Shown: positions 40,462 to 50,801 of the stretch, in pieces | Position numbering within the stretch: position 1 is the first letter of the stretch | How the letters are laid out: every line of letters begins with the position of its first letter | Position numbers and translations under genes: made by a program | Assembly (NCBI GenBank): GCA_963711565.1 | Contig: CAVQEQ010000004.1 | Location: 704,001-768,000 of the forward strand | Source of the DNA: an uncultured delta proteobacterium | GTDB lineage: Bacteria; Desulfobacterota; Binatia; Binatales; Binataceae | Direction: 5' to 3' | DNA length: 64,000 nt | Notes under the pieces: model-generated | Databases searched by the model: none | Seen by the model: the letters and a program-made list of their open reading frames with translations, nothing else | What the model was told of the DNA's origin: nothing

Positions 40462-41219
40462 CAGCGACCTCCTCGTCCGTTCAGCTTCGCGGAGATAGGA
40501 GATTCTCCAAGTCGCCCAAGCCCGCGAACCCGGTAAGGTATTTTGCTCGAGCGAGACTTCGGACGTAGGTTGCCCAATCCTTCGAGCTGCAATTTGAGCG
40601 CGGCCAGCAGCCCGTCGTCGCGCTGTTCGCTGCTAATGGGATCGCCGCCCAGCCATCGCTGCAACTGAAAAAAGTAGAGACCGAAGAGGCTGTTGGCGAG
40701 ATGGGTAGCGGGAACGTCCGGGCGCAATTCTCCGCGCTCCTTCGCATTCTCGATAAGGACCGCGATCCCGGCCAGTATCGTCGTCATCATTTCGGCCACG
40801 CCGTGGCGCCGGTCGGCGACGAACGGCAACTCGCGCACGAAGACGCGGGCCAGGCCGCGATCGCGCTCGTGCAGCGCGATCATCGCGCCGAAGAGGTGGA
40901 GAACCTGATCGAGCAGCGGACGCCGGGGCATCGTCGCGAACGCGTCGTTGACGACCCGGCCGATCTCCTCGCGGAAGATCAGGACGAGCAGGTCCTCCTT
41001 GGTGCCAGCGTAGAGGAACAGTGTGCCGGCGCCGATGTCCGCCGCCGCGGCGATTTCGCGCGTAGTGGTGGCCTCGAAGCCTTTGCGCCCGAACAGTTTC
41101 CGCGCGGCGCGTTTAATCCGCTCGAGCTTGTCGCGCTTGCCGCGTTCGACGCGGGTTGGAACAGCGTTCAACATCGTTTCCTGAAAATGAGCATGCTCAG
41201 GTTTGAGCGTGCTCGACAT
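40461..41219 (-). CDS. TetR-family regulator
   Basis: GFEATTTREIAAAADIGAGTLFLY...KEDLL; stop overlaps the hpaB start. Confidence 0.9.
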   Translation of the reverse strand: MSSTLKPEHAHFQETMLNAVPTRVERGKRDKLERIKRAARKLFGRKGFEATTTREIAAAADIGAGTLFLYAGTKEDLLVLIFREEIGRVVNDAFATMPRRPLLDQVLHLFGAMIALHERDRGLARVFVRELPFVADRRHGVAEMMTTILAGIAVLIENAKERGELRPDVPATHLANSLFGLYFFQLQRWLGGDPISSEQRDDGLLAALKLQLEGLGNLRPKSRSSKIPYRVRGLGRLGESPISAKLNGRGGR

Positions 41220-41327
41220 TTACTGAAAACCCGCGACGTTTGTCAAACGCCTTGCGCGACTTTCGGACTGGCACATTTGCGAAGCATGACCCTGATGGCT
41301 ACTCTGCATATCGATCGGAGGACAATC

Positions 41328-42083
41328 ATGGCTGGATTAGTGCTTCGCGAAGACCGGGACGGTCTCGCCACGCTTACGCTCAATCGCCCCGAGAAACTCA
41401 ACTCGCTCAACGTCGAGATCTTCGTCGAATTGCGCGAGCACGTCGATCAGATAGCGCGCGAAACCGAGCGCATCGGCCTGGTCGTCGTGCGCGGCGCGGG
41501 CAAGTGCTTCTCCGCCGGACACGATCTCGCCGACATCGCGAAGGGAGAGCGTCCGCCGAAGCCGCACTTTCAGTCCGAGACGATCGAGCTGCTCGCTGAT
41601 CTACCGCAGCCGGTCATCAGTGCAGTGCATGGACATTGCTACACAGGCGCGCTCGAGTTGGCGCTGGCGGGAGATCTGATCGTCGCGGCCGAGTCGGCGA
41701 AATTTGCCGATACGCATGCACGATGGGCGCTGACTCCAATCTGGGGGATGAGCCAGCGCTTGCCGCGGCGCGTCGGCCTCCCCAAGGCGCGCGAGATGAT
41801 GCTGACGTGCCGCACTTACTCGGGCGTCGAGGCGGCCGCGATGGGCCTTGCGAATATGTGCGTGCCTGACGATTCGTTCGACAAGGAACTGCACGCGCTG
41901 GCCGACACCATTCTCGCCAATTCGTGGTTCAGTCATCGCGCTAACAAGCGGCTGCTGATCGATACCGACGGATTGTCTCTGCGCCACGGCCTGTCGCACG
42001 AGGTGTACCGGAACTATGGCGTCGGTCCCGACATGCGCGAGCGTATCGCCGCGTTCAACAACAAGTCGGCGCGCCGTGCCTGA
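41328..42083 (+). CDS. Enoyl-CoA hydratase/isomerase
   Basis: GGAGG RBS; LTLNRPEKLN, FSAGHDL, PVISAVHG...G.LELAL. Confidence 0.92.
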   Translation: MAGLVLREDRDGLATLTLNRPEKLNSLNVEIFVELREHVDQIARETERIGLVVVRGAGKCFSAGHDLADIAKGERPPKPHFQSETIELLADLPQPVISAVHGHCYTGALELALAGDLIVAAESAKFADTHARWALTPIWGMSQRLPRRVGLPKAREMMLTCRTYSGVEAAAMGLANMCVPDDSFDKELHALADTILANSWFSHRANKRLLIDTDGLSLRHGLSHEVYRNYGVGPDMRERIAAFNNKSARRA

Positions 42084-43371
42084 GAGCGAAGCTGCGCCTG
42101 CGGTGGAGACCGGCCAGCACGGCCAGCTCCAACCGCCCGACGAAGATTCGAGCGAGCGCCGCGGAGCGTTTCGCGCGCTGCGCCATCGCAACTACCGCCT
42201 CTACTTCTTCGGCCAGCTCACCTCGCTCGCCGGCACCTGGATGCAGAGTGCCGCGCAGGCGTGGCTGGTGCTGAAGCTGACGAATTCCGCGACGATGCTC
42301 GGCGTCGTGTCGTTCGCGCAGTTCACGCCAATCCTGCTGGTCGGTTTGTTCGCCGGGGTTATCGTCGATCGCGTCGATCGCCGGCGCCTGATAATCACGA
42401 CTCAAATCCTGCTGATGCTGAGCGCGTTCGCACTGGCCGCGCTGACCTGGAGCGGCAAGGTGCGCGTGATACACGTGATCCTGCTCGCGGCCTTCAACGG
42501 CAGCGTCGGCTCGTTTGACATGCCCGGCCGCCAGTCGTTCGTGGTCGAGATGGTGGGTTACGACGATCTCGCCAACGCGATCGCGCTCAACTCGATGATG
42601 TTCAACAGCGCGCGCATGCTCGGTCCGGCCGCCGCGGGATTGCTGATCGCATGGCTGGGCATCGGCACATGTTTCTTTCTGAACGGCGTGAGCTTCCTCG
42701 CCGTCATCTGGAGTCTGATCCAGATGGACATCCCCGTCCGGGTAGTTACCGGCGGCGCGCGCATGCTTCATCAACTGCGCGAAGGCCTCGCCTACGTCTG
42801 GGGCCATCGTCCGCTGCTCTACCAGATGGTGCTGGCGGCGGTGACCAACGGCTTCGGCTATCAGTACCTGGTGCTGGTTCCGTTGTTCGCGAAGAACGTA
42901 CTGCACGGCGACGCGCGAACTTATGGCTTCCTGGCCGCGATCCAGGGACTCGGGTCGGTTGTGGGTGCGGTCACGCTGGCCTCGCGCGTCTCGACGCGGG
43001 GAATGAGGAACAATCTGCTCGCGGGTCTTTTCCTCTCCGCGGTGGGGATCTTCGTCTTCGGGATCTCGCGCTCATTTCCACTTTCGCTGGCCGCGCAGTT
43101 TGTGATCGGTGCGGGGCTGACCAACTTCCGAGCGAGCAACAATACGCTCGTGCAGATGTTCGTCACGGACGATTTACGCGGCCGGGTGATGAGCACTTAC
43201 CAGCTAGCGGCGGTCGGCTTGACGCCGATCGGCGCGCTCGAGGTCGGCTACACCGGCTCGCATTTGGGGCCGATGCAGGCGGTCGTCATATGCGGCGCGA
43301 TCATTCTAGTTTCCGGCATCGTGCTACTCACGACCCTCAAGTCGGTCGGCATGGACTCGGAACCTGAATAA
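42076..43371 (+). CDS. MFS transporter
   Basis: ALRHRNYRLYF.GQ..S..GTWMQ; GVIVDRVDRRR; LRGRVMS. Confidence 0.92.
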   Translation: MPESEAAPAVETGQHGQLQPPDEDSSERRGAFRALRHRNYRLYFFGQLTSLAGTWMQSAAQAWLVLKLTNSATMLGVVSFAQFTPILLVGLFAGVIVDRVDRRRLIITTQILLMLSAFALAALTWSGKVRVIHVILLAAFNGSVGSFDMPGRQSFVVEMVGYDDLANAIALNSMMFNSARMLGPAAAGLLIAWLGIGTCFFLNGVSFLAVIWSLIQMDIPVRVVTGGARMLHQLREGLAYVWGHRPLLYQMVLAAVTNGFGYQYLVLVPLFAKNVLHGDARTYGFLAAIQGLGSVVGAVTLASRVSTRGMRNNLLAGLFLSAVGIFVFGISRSFPLSLAAQFVIGAGLTNFRASNNTLVQMFVTDDLRGRVMSTYQLAAVGLTPIGALEVGYTGSHLGPMQAVVICGAIILVSGIVLLTTLKSVGMDSEPE

Positions 43372-43442
43372 TTTCCTCCTTGCCAGACCGACACTTCGCG
43401 TGTTCAATGCTCGCTAACCGTTCGAACTGAAGGAGCCTGCTT

Positions 43443-44033
43443 ATGAAGTCCTGGATCTCCAAAACCGCAATCGCGATCGCGATGCTCGCCGTGCTTCCCG
43501 CTCTCGCGCATGCCGATACCTGGCAAATCGATCCCGCGCACACCAACGTCGAGTTCACGGTGCGTCACATGATGATCTCGAACGTGAAGGGACAGTTCCA
43601 GAAGACGTCGGGAACGATCACCACTGGCAGCGACCCGGCCTCGGCACAAATCGATGCGACCATCGACGCGTCGTCGGTGGACACCCGCGTCGAGCGCCGC
43701 GATACGCATCTGAAGAGTCCCGACTTTCTCGACGTCGCCAAGTACCCGACGATTACGTTCAAATCCACCAAGGTCGAAGCCGCCGGGCCGAACAAATTCA
43801 AGGTGACAGGCGACCTGACGCTGCATGGCGTCACCAAGCCGGTCGTGCTCGACGTCGAGACATCCGGGGCGCCGATCAACATGATGGGCAAGATGCACGC
43901 GGGCGCATCGGCGACAACACAAATCAAGCGCAGCGATTTCGGGCTCACCTGGAACAAGGCGCTCGAAGCGGGCGGCGTGATGGTCGGCGACGAGGTCGCG
44001 ATCTCGATCAACGTCGAGGCGATCAAGAAGTAG
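43443..44033 (+). CDS. YceI-family periplasmic lipid-binding protein
   Basis: WQIDPAHT.V.F.VRH, RDTHLKSPDF, GDLTLHGVTK, RSDFG. Confidence 0.95.
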   Translation: MKSWISKTAIAIAMLAVLPALAHADTWQIDPAHTNVEFTVRHMMISNVKGQFQKTSGTITTGSDPASAQIDATIDASSVDTRVERRDTHLKSPDFLDVAKYPTITFKSTKVEAAGPNKFKVTGDLTLHGVTKPVVLDVETSGAPINMMGKMHAGASATTQIKRSDFGLTWNKALEAGGVMVGDEVAISINVEAIKK

Positions 44034-44039
44034 CGACGC

Positions 44040-44648
44040 GTGTTCTATCTGACGCTGCACGGCGAGACCGAATGGAATCGCGATCGCCGGTTCCAGGGAC
44101 AACTGGATTCGCCTCTCACCGAGCATGGTGTCGAACAAGCTCATCGAATGGGCGTCACGCTGCGCGAGCTGATCGGAGACGCGACGGGATACGTGATCGT
44201 CAGCAGTCCGCTCGGCCGCGCGCGCCGGACGGCGGAGATTATCCGCGAAGTCCTGGGGATTGAGCCGCGGCACATCGAGACCGACGCGCGTATTGCGGAA
44301 ATCAATCTCGGTTCATGGGCGGGACTGACGCGTGGAGAAGTCGAGGCGCGATGGCCGCGGCCGCTTGACGGAGCCGGACGGTTTGACTGGTATTTCAGGT
44401 CTCCCGACGGCGAGACGCTCGCCGACCTGACAGCGCGGGTGCGCCAATGGCTGTCCGACATCGCCGGACGCGATCGCATCATCGCAGTCTCGCACGGGGT
44501 GACCAGCCGTCTGTTGCGCGGCCTCTACGGCGGCCTAGAAACATCGGAAGCGCTGTCACTCGAGGTCTCGCGCAACGTCGTCTTCAGACTCCACGACAAA
44601 TGTGTGGACCGTGTCCCCTCCGACGAGAAGGCGCCTCCTAAGGTCTGA
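44040..44648 (+). CDS. Histidine phosphatase family protein
   Basis: HGETEWN...QGQLDSPL, SSPLGRA..TA, VSHG; canonical RHG appears as LHG. Confidence 0.85.
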   Translation: MFYLTLHGETEWNRDRRFQGQLDSPLTEHGVEQAHRMGVTLRELIGDATGYVIVSSPLGRARRTAEIIREVLGIEPRHIETDARIAEINLGSWAGLTRGEVEARWPRPLDGAGRFDWYFRSPDGETLADLTARVRQWLSDIAGRDRIIAVSHGVTSRLLRGLYGGLETSEALSLEVSRNVVFRLHDKCVDRVPSDEKAPPKV

Positions 44649-44739
44649 ATCCCGATCGACCCTGACCGGGTTGCATTTAGCTCTGCGCAGCGATACCGCT
44701 GAACCGAATTGACGTCTGTGACTTCGGGGGGGATCGGCC

Positions 44740-45480
44740 ATGAGTATGTCGCGGCGTTTCGCAGCGGAGTTGATCGGCACCTTCTGGCTGGTTTTCGGCG
44801 GATGCGGCAGCGCCGTGCTTGCGGCCGGCTTCCCGAAGACCGGAATCGGATTCCTGGGAGTGGCGTTTGCGTTCGGCCTGACACTGCTGACGATGGCGTT
44901 TACGATCGGATCGATTTCGGGATGCCATATCAATCCCGCGGTCACGATCGGATTGTGGGCCGGCAAGCGATTCCCGGGGCGCGAGGTCCCAACGTACATC
45001 GTCGCGCAAGTGATTGGAGCAATACTCGCGTCAACTGTGCTCTACGTAATCGCCAGCGGCGGTCCGGGCTTCGATCTAAGCGCCGGGTTCGCGTCCAACG
45101 GATACGGCGCGCATTCGCCGGGCGGCTACAGTCTTGGCGCGGCCTTCGTCGCCGAGTTCGTGCTGACCTTCATGTTCCTGATCGTAATCCTCGGCTCGAC
45201 CGATAAGCGTGTCGCCGCCGGCTTCGCGCCGATTCCGATCGGGCTCGTGCTGACGCTGATTCATCTGATCAGCATCCCGGTGGATAACACCTCCGTGAAT
45301 CCCGCGCGCAGCACCGGCCCGGCGCTCTTCGTGGGCGGATGGGCGATACAGCAGTTGTGGCTGTTCTGGGTCGCGCCGATAGCCGGCGCCGCAATCGGCG
45401 GCTTCTTCTACAACTGGCTCGGCGTCGAGCGAAAGACCGGCGAGCAGCTAGCCCGCGAAACCGCTCCGGCTACGGCTTGA
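44740..45480 (+). CDS. aqpZ: Aquaporin Z
   Basis: Two NPA motifs ([20 protein letters not shown]); LWLFWVAPI. Confidence 0.95.
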   Translation: MSMSRRFAAELIGTFWLVFGGCGSAVLAAGFPKTGIGFLGVAFAFGLTLLTMAFTIGSISGCHINPAVTIGLWAGKRFPGREVPTYIVAQVIGAILASTVLYVIASGGPGFDLSAGFASNGYGAHSPGGYSLGAAFVAEFVLTFMFLIVILGSTDKRVAAGFAPIPIGLVLTLIHLISIPVDNTSVNPARSTGPALFVGGWAIQQLWLFWVAPIAGAAIGGFFYNWLGVERKTGEQLARETAPATA

Positions 45481-47851
45481 CGTTTCGATGATGCTCGATA
45501 GTGCGGGCGCCGAGGCGGGCGGGGGCAGTGTCTGAGCCTTGTACAACCACCACGCATCGTTTGGCGTCGGTGAGATCCTCGGGCGAGAGGCCCACTCTGT
45601 CGGCCAGGTTGGTTGCGACGATGACGAGGCCGCCGGGGGTTTGACGCGCTAGCTGCGCCGCGGTCGGCGCGCTCAGCACGTCGGTATGGAGCCGGCGGCC
45701 GAGCGCGCGGCCGGCGTCACGAATCAGTTCCAGCAGTTCGGCATCCTCCGCGTTCCCGTCCTCGGGCACCAGCACCGCGTGCAGGCCGGACTTCTTGCGC
45801 ATCGCCACTCGCAACGCCAGGTCGAGCGCCGCGCGCCCGTGCGTGCCTCGATCCACTACCGCAAACACACGATCGAGCGGACGGTCACCGCCATGAATCA
45901 CGACCGCCACGTGAACCGGCATCGCGCGCGCCTTGTCCAGGATTTCCCGGACTACGCCGCCCATGAAGTCGGACCGGAATACCGCGCGATGCGATCCCAG
46001 CAGCAGCCATCCGATTTGCGGCTCGTTGGCGAACGCCAGAATGTCCGCGGCCGGGTTGGTCGTCCACACGGCCTGCGGGGTGATGATGCTGCCGCGCGAC
46101 AGCGCGAGATCCAGCGCCGCCGACAACGCGGGAGAGCGGGGCGGAACACGCTGGTCGGCCTCGCGCAGTCCCGAGCGCACGCCGCCCGACGGAGTCTTTA
46201 CCAGTGCGAGCACGCGCGGCGGCGGCGCGTCGTGCGGCGTCGCCGCGAGTGCAAGCTCGACCAGCACGCCGACGCCTTCGGGATTCGAAACGGGCACGAG
46301 GATGGCGCTGTGCTCGGTGCCGACGAGGATCGGGCGCGGCGGCGGCTGTACGGGCCGCGGTGCAGGATGCGGTGCGCGAAGCGGCGCTTGCGGCGCTTGC
46401 GGCGCGACTGCAGGCTCGGGCGAGAAGGTGCCAAGCTCGGGCATCGGCTCAATCTCCGGAACTTGACGGCGCGTGATCAGATGCAGAATCGGCGTCGTCG
46501 CAAAAGTGGTGATCAGCGCCATGATCACCAGCATTGCGAACAGCGTCGGCGAGATGACGTTCATCTCGAGCCCGATATTCAGTACGATCAGTTCCATCAG
46601 GCCGCGCGTGTTCATCAGCACACCGAGCGCGGACGAGTCGCGCCAGTCGAGGCCGGTGATTCGCGCCGCGATCGCGCTGCCGCCGAACTTGCCGATCGAC
46701 GCGACCGCGATGATCAGCGCGCACATCATCCATTGCTCGTATCCATTGACCAGCCCGATTTGTGTGCGCAGGCCGGTGTACGCGAAGAACGCCGGCAGCA
46801 ACAACACGATCACGATGTCTTCGAGGCGGTCGGTCATCTCGCGCGCCATCCCGCTGTCGTGCGGAATCACGGCGCCGAGCGCGAACGCGCCGAACACGGC
46901 GTGGATGCCGATCAATTCGGTGGCTGACGCCGAGATCAGCAGCGCAATAAATACCGACGCCATCACGCCCTGCGTCAGCCGGCCGCGATTTCCGTAGAGC
47001 AGCGACAGGCGCACCATCACCGGCCGCACCACCACGATCATCAGCACAATAAACCCGAGCGCCATCGCGATCGTCGCGACCGCGCCCGACGCCTCCGCCC
47101 GCGCCACGCCAACCACGAAGGCCAGCATGCACCACGCGGTTACGTCGTCAACGGCGGCGCAGGTCAGCGCGATTGCACCCATGCGGGTCTTGTGAATCCC
47201 GCGATCGGTCAAGATTCTCGCGAGCACCGGAAACGCGGTCACCGACATCGAGACGCCCAGGAAAAGCGAGAAGCAGGTGAACGGTACGTCGCTGGTCGAA
47301 AGTTTTGGATAGAGGTAAAGCGCAATCACCGCGCCCAGCAAGAAGGGCAACACGATGCTGGCGTGGGAAATCGCGACGGTCGCGTGGCCGCGTTTGCGCA
47401 GCAGGGCGGGATCGAGTTCGAGCCCGACCAGGAACATATAAAGGATGACGCCGACCTGCGCGATGATGTTGAGATATGGACCCACCATCCCCGGAAAAAG
47501 ATATCCCTCCGCGGACGGCACCATGCGTCCAAGCAGCGAAGGACCGAGCACGATTCCTGCGAGAATTTCGCCGACGACCGGCGGTTGCTTGGCGCTGCGG
47601 AACACCCAGCCCATCGCGCGCGCGGTCGCGATAACAACCACCAGCGCAAGCAATACGTGCAGCAGATCGCCTTCGTTGGCGCGTGACGCGGGTGAGCCGA
47701 AGATGTTGCTCCCCTGCGGGGCAGGTGCGCCGAGCGTATCGCCGTACGTACGAATCCAGAGGTACAGCAGCACCAGCGCGCCGATCATCAATGCGTAAAC
47801 GGCGACGGCGCGTGAGCCGGCGGTGGTAATTCGCGGCTGACCTTCAGCCAT
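45470..47851 (-). CDS. CPA2 cation:proton antiporter with C-terminal USP-like region
   Basis: [46 protein letters not shown]; Pro-rich linker then ILVPVSNP. Confidence 0.9.
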   Translation of the reverse strand: MAEGQPRITTAGSRAVAVYALMIGALVLLYLWIRTYGDTLGAPAPQGSNIFGSPASRANEGDLLHVLLALVVVIATARAMGWVFRSAKQPPVVGEILAGIVLGPSLLGRMVPSAEGYLFPGMVGPYLNIIAQVGVILYMFLVGLELDPALLRKRGHATVAISHASIVLPFLLGAVIALYLYPKLSTSDVPFTCFSLFLGVSMSVTAFPVLARILTDRGIHKTRMGAIALTCAAVDDVTAWCMLAFVVGVARAEASGAVATIAMALGFIVLMIVVVRPVMVRLSLLYGNRGRLTQGVMASVFIALLISASATELIGIHAVFGAFALGAVIPHDSGMAREMTDRLEDIVIVLLLPAFFAYTGLRTQIGLVNGYEQWMMCALIIAVASIGKFGGSAIAARITGLDWRDSSALGVLMNTRGLMELIVLNIGLEMNVISPTLFAMLVIMALITTFATTPILHLITRRQVPEIEPMPELGTFSPEPAVAPQAPQAPLRAPHPAPRPVQPPPRPILVGTEHSAILVPVSNPEGVGVLVELALAATPHDAPPPRVLALVKTPSGGVRSGLREADQRVPPRSPALSAALDLALSRGSIITPQAVWTTNPAADILAFANEPQIGWLLLGSHRAVFRSDFMGGVVREILDKARAMPVHVAVVIHGGDRPLDRVFAVVDRGTHGRAALDLALRVAMRKKSGLHAVLVPEDGNAEDAELLELIRDAGRALGRRLHTDVLSAPTAAQLARQTPGGLVIVATNLADRVGLSPEDLTDAKRCVVVVQGSDTAPARLGARTIEHHRNVKP

Positions 47852-48000
47852 TTGCCTACTCTACCAAACTGCGAACTTGATGCGCAGCGCGAGCAAGATC
47901 ATTATCCATTGCCGGACGTTCTCGAACATCGACAGCATAAGCGTAACACAACGAATCGGTCGCGGTCAGGCTGAACAGTTTATCCCCAAGCCTCGGACGT

Positions 48001-48558
48001 TTAGCGAGGATTGGCGGATGGCTTCGTTGCGCGCGCGGGTTTTCTTTTCGGCGCTTTGGCCTTGTCACGCGCCGCGTCCAAGTCTCCATTCGCCGAAGCG
48101 GAAGCGGCGGCAGCGCGCTCGCGGCGGTGGCGAATCGATGAGAGCGTGGCGGCGATCTCGACTGCCTGTCCGTCTGAGTGATCTCGATCCCAATAATTCA
48201 CGATGTCGCTCAAGGAGAGGATTCCGATCGGACGGCCGCGCGAATCGACGACGGGTATGCGGTGAATCTCATGGGTGCGCATCAGGCGATGCGCGGTGTC
48301 GAGGTCGTCGCCGCGCGCGCATGAAATCACCTTGGGCGACATCACGCGCTCGACGGGAATCGCCTCGAGGGGAATGCCTTGCGTGTATGCGGCCATGCAG
48401 ATGTCGCGGTCGGTGACGAATCCGGCGAGCTTGCCGTGAGCGTCGACGACCGGCGCGCATCCACAATCGTGATCCCACATTATGCGGGCGGCCGCATTCA
48501 ACGAATCCTGAATCCCGCAGGCGCGAACGTCACGCGTCATCAAGTCAGCGACTTTCAC
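48001..48558 (-). CDS. CBS-domain protein
   Basis: MKVADLMT; PVVD...GFVTDRDI; IHRIPVVD...GILSLSD. Confidence 0.9.
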   Translation of the reverse strand: MKVADLMTRDVRACGIQDSLNAAARIMWDHDCGCAPVVDAHGKLAGFVTDRDICMAAYTQGIPLEAIPVERVMSPKVISCARGDDLDTAHRLMRTHEIHRIPVVDSRGRPIGILSLSDIVNYWDRDHSDGQAVEIAATLSSIRHRRERAAAASASANGDLDAARDKAKAPKRKPARATKPSANPR

Positions 48559-48593
48559 TTATGTCACTCCTCGCAACAGCATCGGTCGGTGAA

Positions 48594-49061
48594 TTATTTC
48601 CAGGTCGAGAACGGCTTGATCGACAAGTTCGAATTGAAGTAGCGCGCGTCGCCGCTCACTTCGCGGTCGATCCAGTCGGGGAGATCGACCGGTTCCCGGG
48701 CGTCCTTGAGCTCGACTTCGGCGACCGCCAGTCCGTGATTGGCGCCGGTGAATTCGTCAACCTCCCAAGTGTGGCCCTTGAAGACGATCCGGTAGCGCAT
48801 CTTTTCGATCGGCGGATGCTCGCAGAGGTGGAGCATGATCTCATTGGCGTCGGTGAGCGGAATCTCGTACTCGTATTCGTCGCGCGTAATGTCGGCGGTG
48901 GCGCCTTTGATCGTCAGGTAGGCGTGGTCTCCGTAGGTGCGCACGCGGACGGAGGATTGTTTCGCGGTGCATAGATAGCCCTGGCGGATGATGAGGCCGG
49001 CGCCGAGGTCGCTCCATTTGCGGGGGTGCACCAGGAATTTACGTTCGATTTCCTTCGCCAT
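48594..49061 (-). CDS. CYTH-domain protein
   Basis: EIERKFLV, EYEYEIP, EKMRY, WEVDEF, AEVEL. Confidence 0.93.
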   Translation of the reverse strand: MAKEIERKFLVHPRKWSDLGAGLIIRQGYLCTAKQSSVRVRTYGDHAYLTIKGATADITRDEYEYEIPLTDANEIMLHLCEHPPIEKMRYRIVFKGHTWEVDEFTGANHGLAVAEVELKDAREPVDLPDWIDREVSGDARYFNSNLSIKPFSTWK

Positions 49062-49121
49062 GTTTTTTCACAGCTCCCCGCGGACTGTTCGCGCGCGCCG
49101 CGCTTCGCCCAGGCTTCGGGC

Positions 49122-49739
49122 TCAAGTCGCGGTCGCATCCGCGCGCGGCGTCATTCCGATCATCAGCTTCAGGTGACGAACATAGTTTATATTCGCGTGA
49201 GAGTTGAGGCCAAGTTTTGCGATCGCGCGAAGAACGGCGGCGGGGTCGTCCGATTCGAGCTCGACGGTTTCAGAAGTGGCGCCGCCGGCGATTCGAACTT
49301 CGGCAAACTCCGCCGTGTACCTGTCCGAGGTGAACTGGCAGCGCAGTTTTACAACCTCGACCAGTGCGAGGTCGCGATGGGGCCTCAGCAGATCACGGAT
49401 TAATTCGCCCTGAGTATACGACGGCTGCGCGATGTGCGGGGCAGGGACGCCGAGATGAGGGAACAACTGCTCGACGATCGTGCGCGAGTCGAGCGGGAAG
49501 GCGGACTTGAGCATGGGGCGCCATCGCTCGAGCCGGCCGACCTGCTCGGTGAGCAGCTTGATGTCCATCAACTCGGCGCGAATTTTGACGTTGGCGGCGT
49601 CGGTCGCGCGCGACAGGACGTAGGTCTCGGCGCTTTCGCGCTGCTCGGACGGCGGCGCTTGGGCGGTCAGCCGATCCCTAAAGGCGCCAAGGTGATTTCC
49701 CCAGGTGCGGAATTCAAATCTTCCCAGCGGATTGCTCAT
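49122..49739 (-). CDS. Hypothetical protein, possibly divergent CYTH fold
   Basis: N-terminal FEFRTW, NVKIR...DIK, K.R..F, VELES, NINY; upstream of the CYTH gene. Confidence 0.6.
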   Translation of the reverse strand: MSNPLGRFEFRTWGNHLGAFRDRLTAQAPPSEQRESAETYVLSRATDAANVKIRAELMDIKLLTEQVGRLERWRPMLKSAFPLDSRTIVEQLFPHLGVPAPHIAQPSYTQGELIRDLLRPHRDLALVEVVKLRCQFTSDRYTAEFAEVRIAGGATSETVELESDDPAAVLRAIAKLGLNSHANINYVRHLKLMIGMTPRADATAT

Positions 49740-49838
49740 CGTCGTGGCAGCGGCACCATATCGCTGCCGCACATCACGATAACATTTTCGCCGGGCGTGA
49801 GAAAAAATCAGGCTGCGCGATTGTCACTTTGCAGTTTT

Positions 49839-50372
49839 CTAGAAGCTCGCACCCTCCCGCATCCCAGCACCACGAGCCGACGAGCCAGCGTCGCTGCCAT
49901 TCGAGCGCTTGCGCGACGAGCGTCCGGCGCGTACGACCTGCCTGCGGCCAACCGAGCGCATCTGCTTGGTCGGCAGATCGTCAACGCTCAGCAATCCCAG
50001 GCGCGAGCGCAACGCGGCAGGCTCGATTCCGAGCACGTCGCATACGTACTCGAAGGAAAACGGACTATGGATTCCGGCTTCCGCGTGGAACCATCGCTGA
50101 ACCTCGTCGTATTGCTCACGGTCGCATCGCCGCGACGAGTTCACCGTCTTGACGTAGCACCGAACCGCGTCTTCGAGTACCGCGAAGACCAGCCGCGTCT
50201 CGCCGTCGAGCATCGAGCGCCGCCGGGTCAGATCGAAAAACTGAACCGGCACGAGAAAATCGGGCTCGAAGCGCGCGCTCAGCCACGGATCGGGGCCTGC
50301 GCATTCGTCGATTACCCTGGTCTGAGTCGAAGGTCCATATTGAAGAACCTGTTCTGAAGCTGATGCAGACAT
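49839..50372 (-). CDS. Conserved hypothetical protein
   Basis: AAGGAGG RBS before ATG 50372; GETRLVFAVLEDAVRC...WF...PFSFEYVCDVLGIEP..LR. Confidence 0.7.
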   Translation of the reverse strand: MSASASEQVLQYGPSTQTRVIDECAGPDPWLSARFEPDFLVPVQFFDLTRRRSMLDGETRLVFAVLEDAVRCYVKTVNSSRRCDREQYDEVQRWFHAEAGIHSPFSFEYVCDVLGIEPAALRSRLGLLSVDDLPTKQMRSVGRRQVVRAGRSSRKRSNGSDAGSSARGAGMREGASF

Positions 50373-50801
50373 TATTGGACCCTCCTTGAGCCGAATTGAG
50401 CACCTGCCAGCCAGCATGGTCTGTGCCAACGCGGTTTGAGCACAAAAGGGAGAAATCAGTGGGAGATCGGAGGTATCGCGATGCCGATGGCGGCTGATGC
50501 TGCTCAATTATGCGGCATCACTGCGATTGCCGGCTGTGCAATCTAGATCTCGCCGGAATCGTGCACAATCCTCAGAAAGGCTCTCGCGCCCGACGCCCGA
50601 TCCGGCTACACTGCCGCGGTTCGAGGAGCGCAAACTGTCGGCGAAGCAACCAGGTCGAAACAATTTCCGTATATGGAACTACTGGACTCGAACGGCGCGC
50701 GGAAAGAGTATTGAGTCCGCTCGATTTCGGCAGAAGTGGCGCGAGGCACGATCAATGCTGATATTAAAGACCGGGTCGAAGTGCGCGAACGGCGCTCACC
50801 T

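Noticed and set aside
37733-40536. Long plus-strand ORFs (454 aa and 429 aa)
   Set aside because: Antisense shadows of the ALDH and hpaB genes, common in GC-rich DNA; no motifs.
40701-41327. N-terminal extension of the enoyl-CoA hydratase ORF
   Set aside because: Overlaps the TetR gene on the other strand; a good RBS and ATG lie at 41328.
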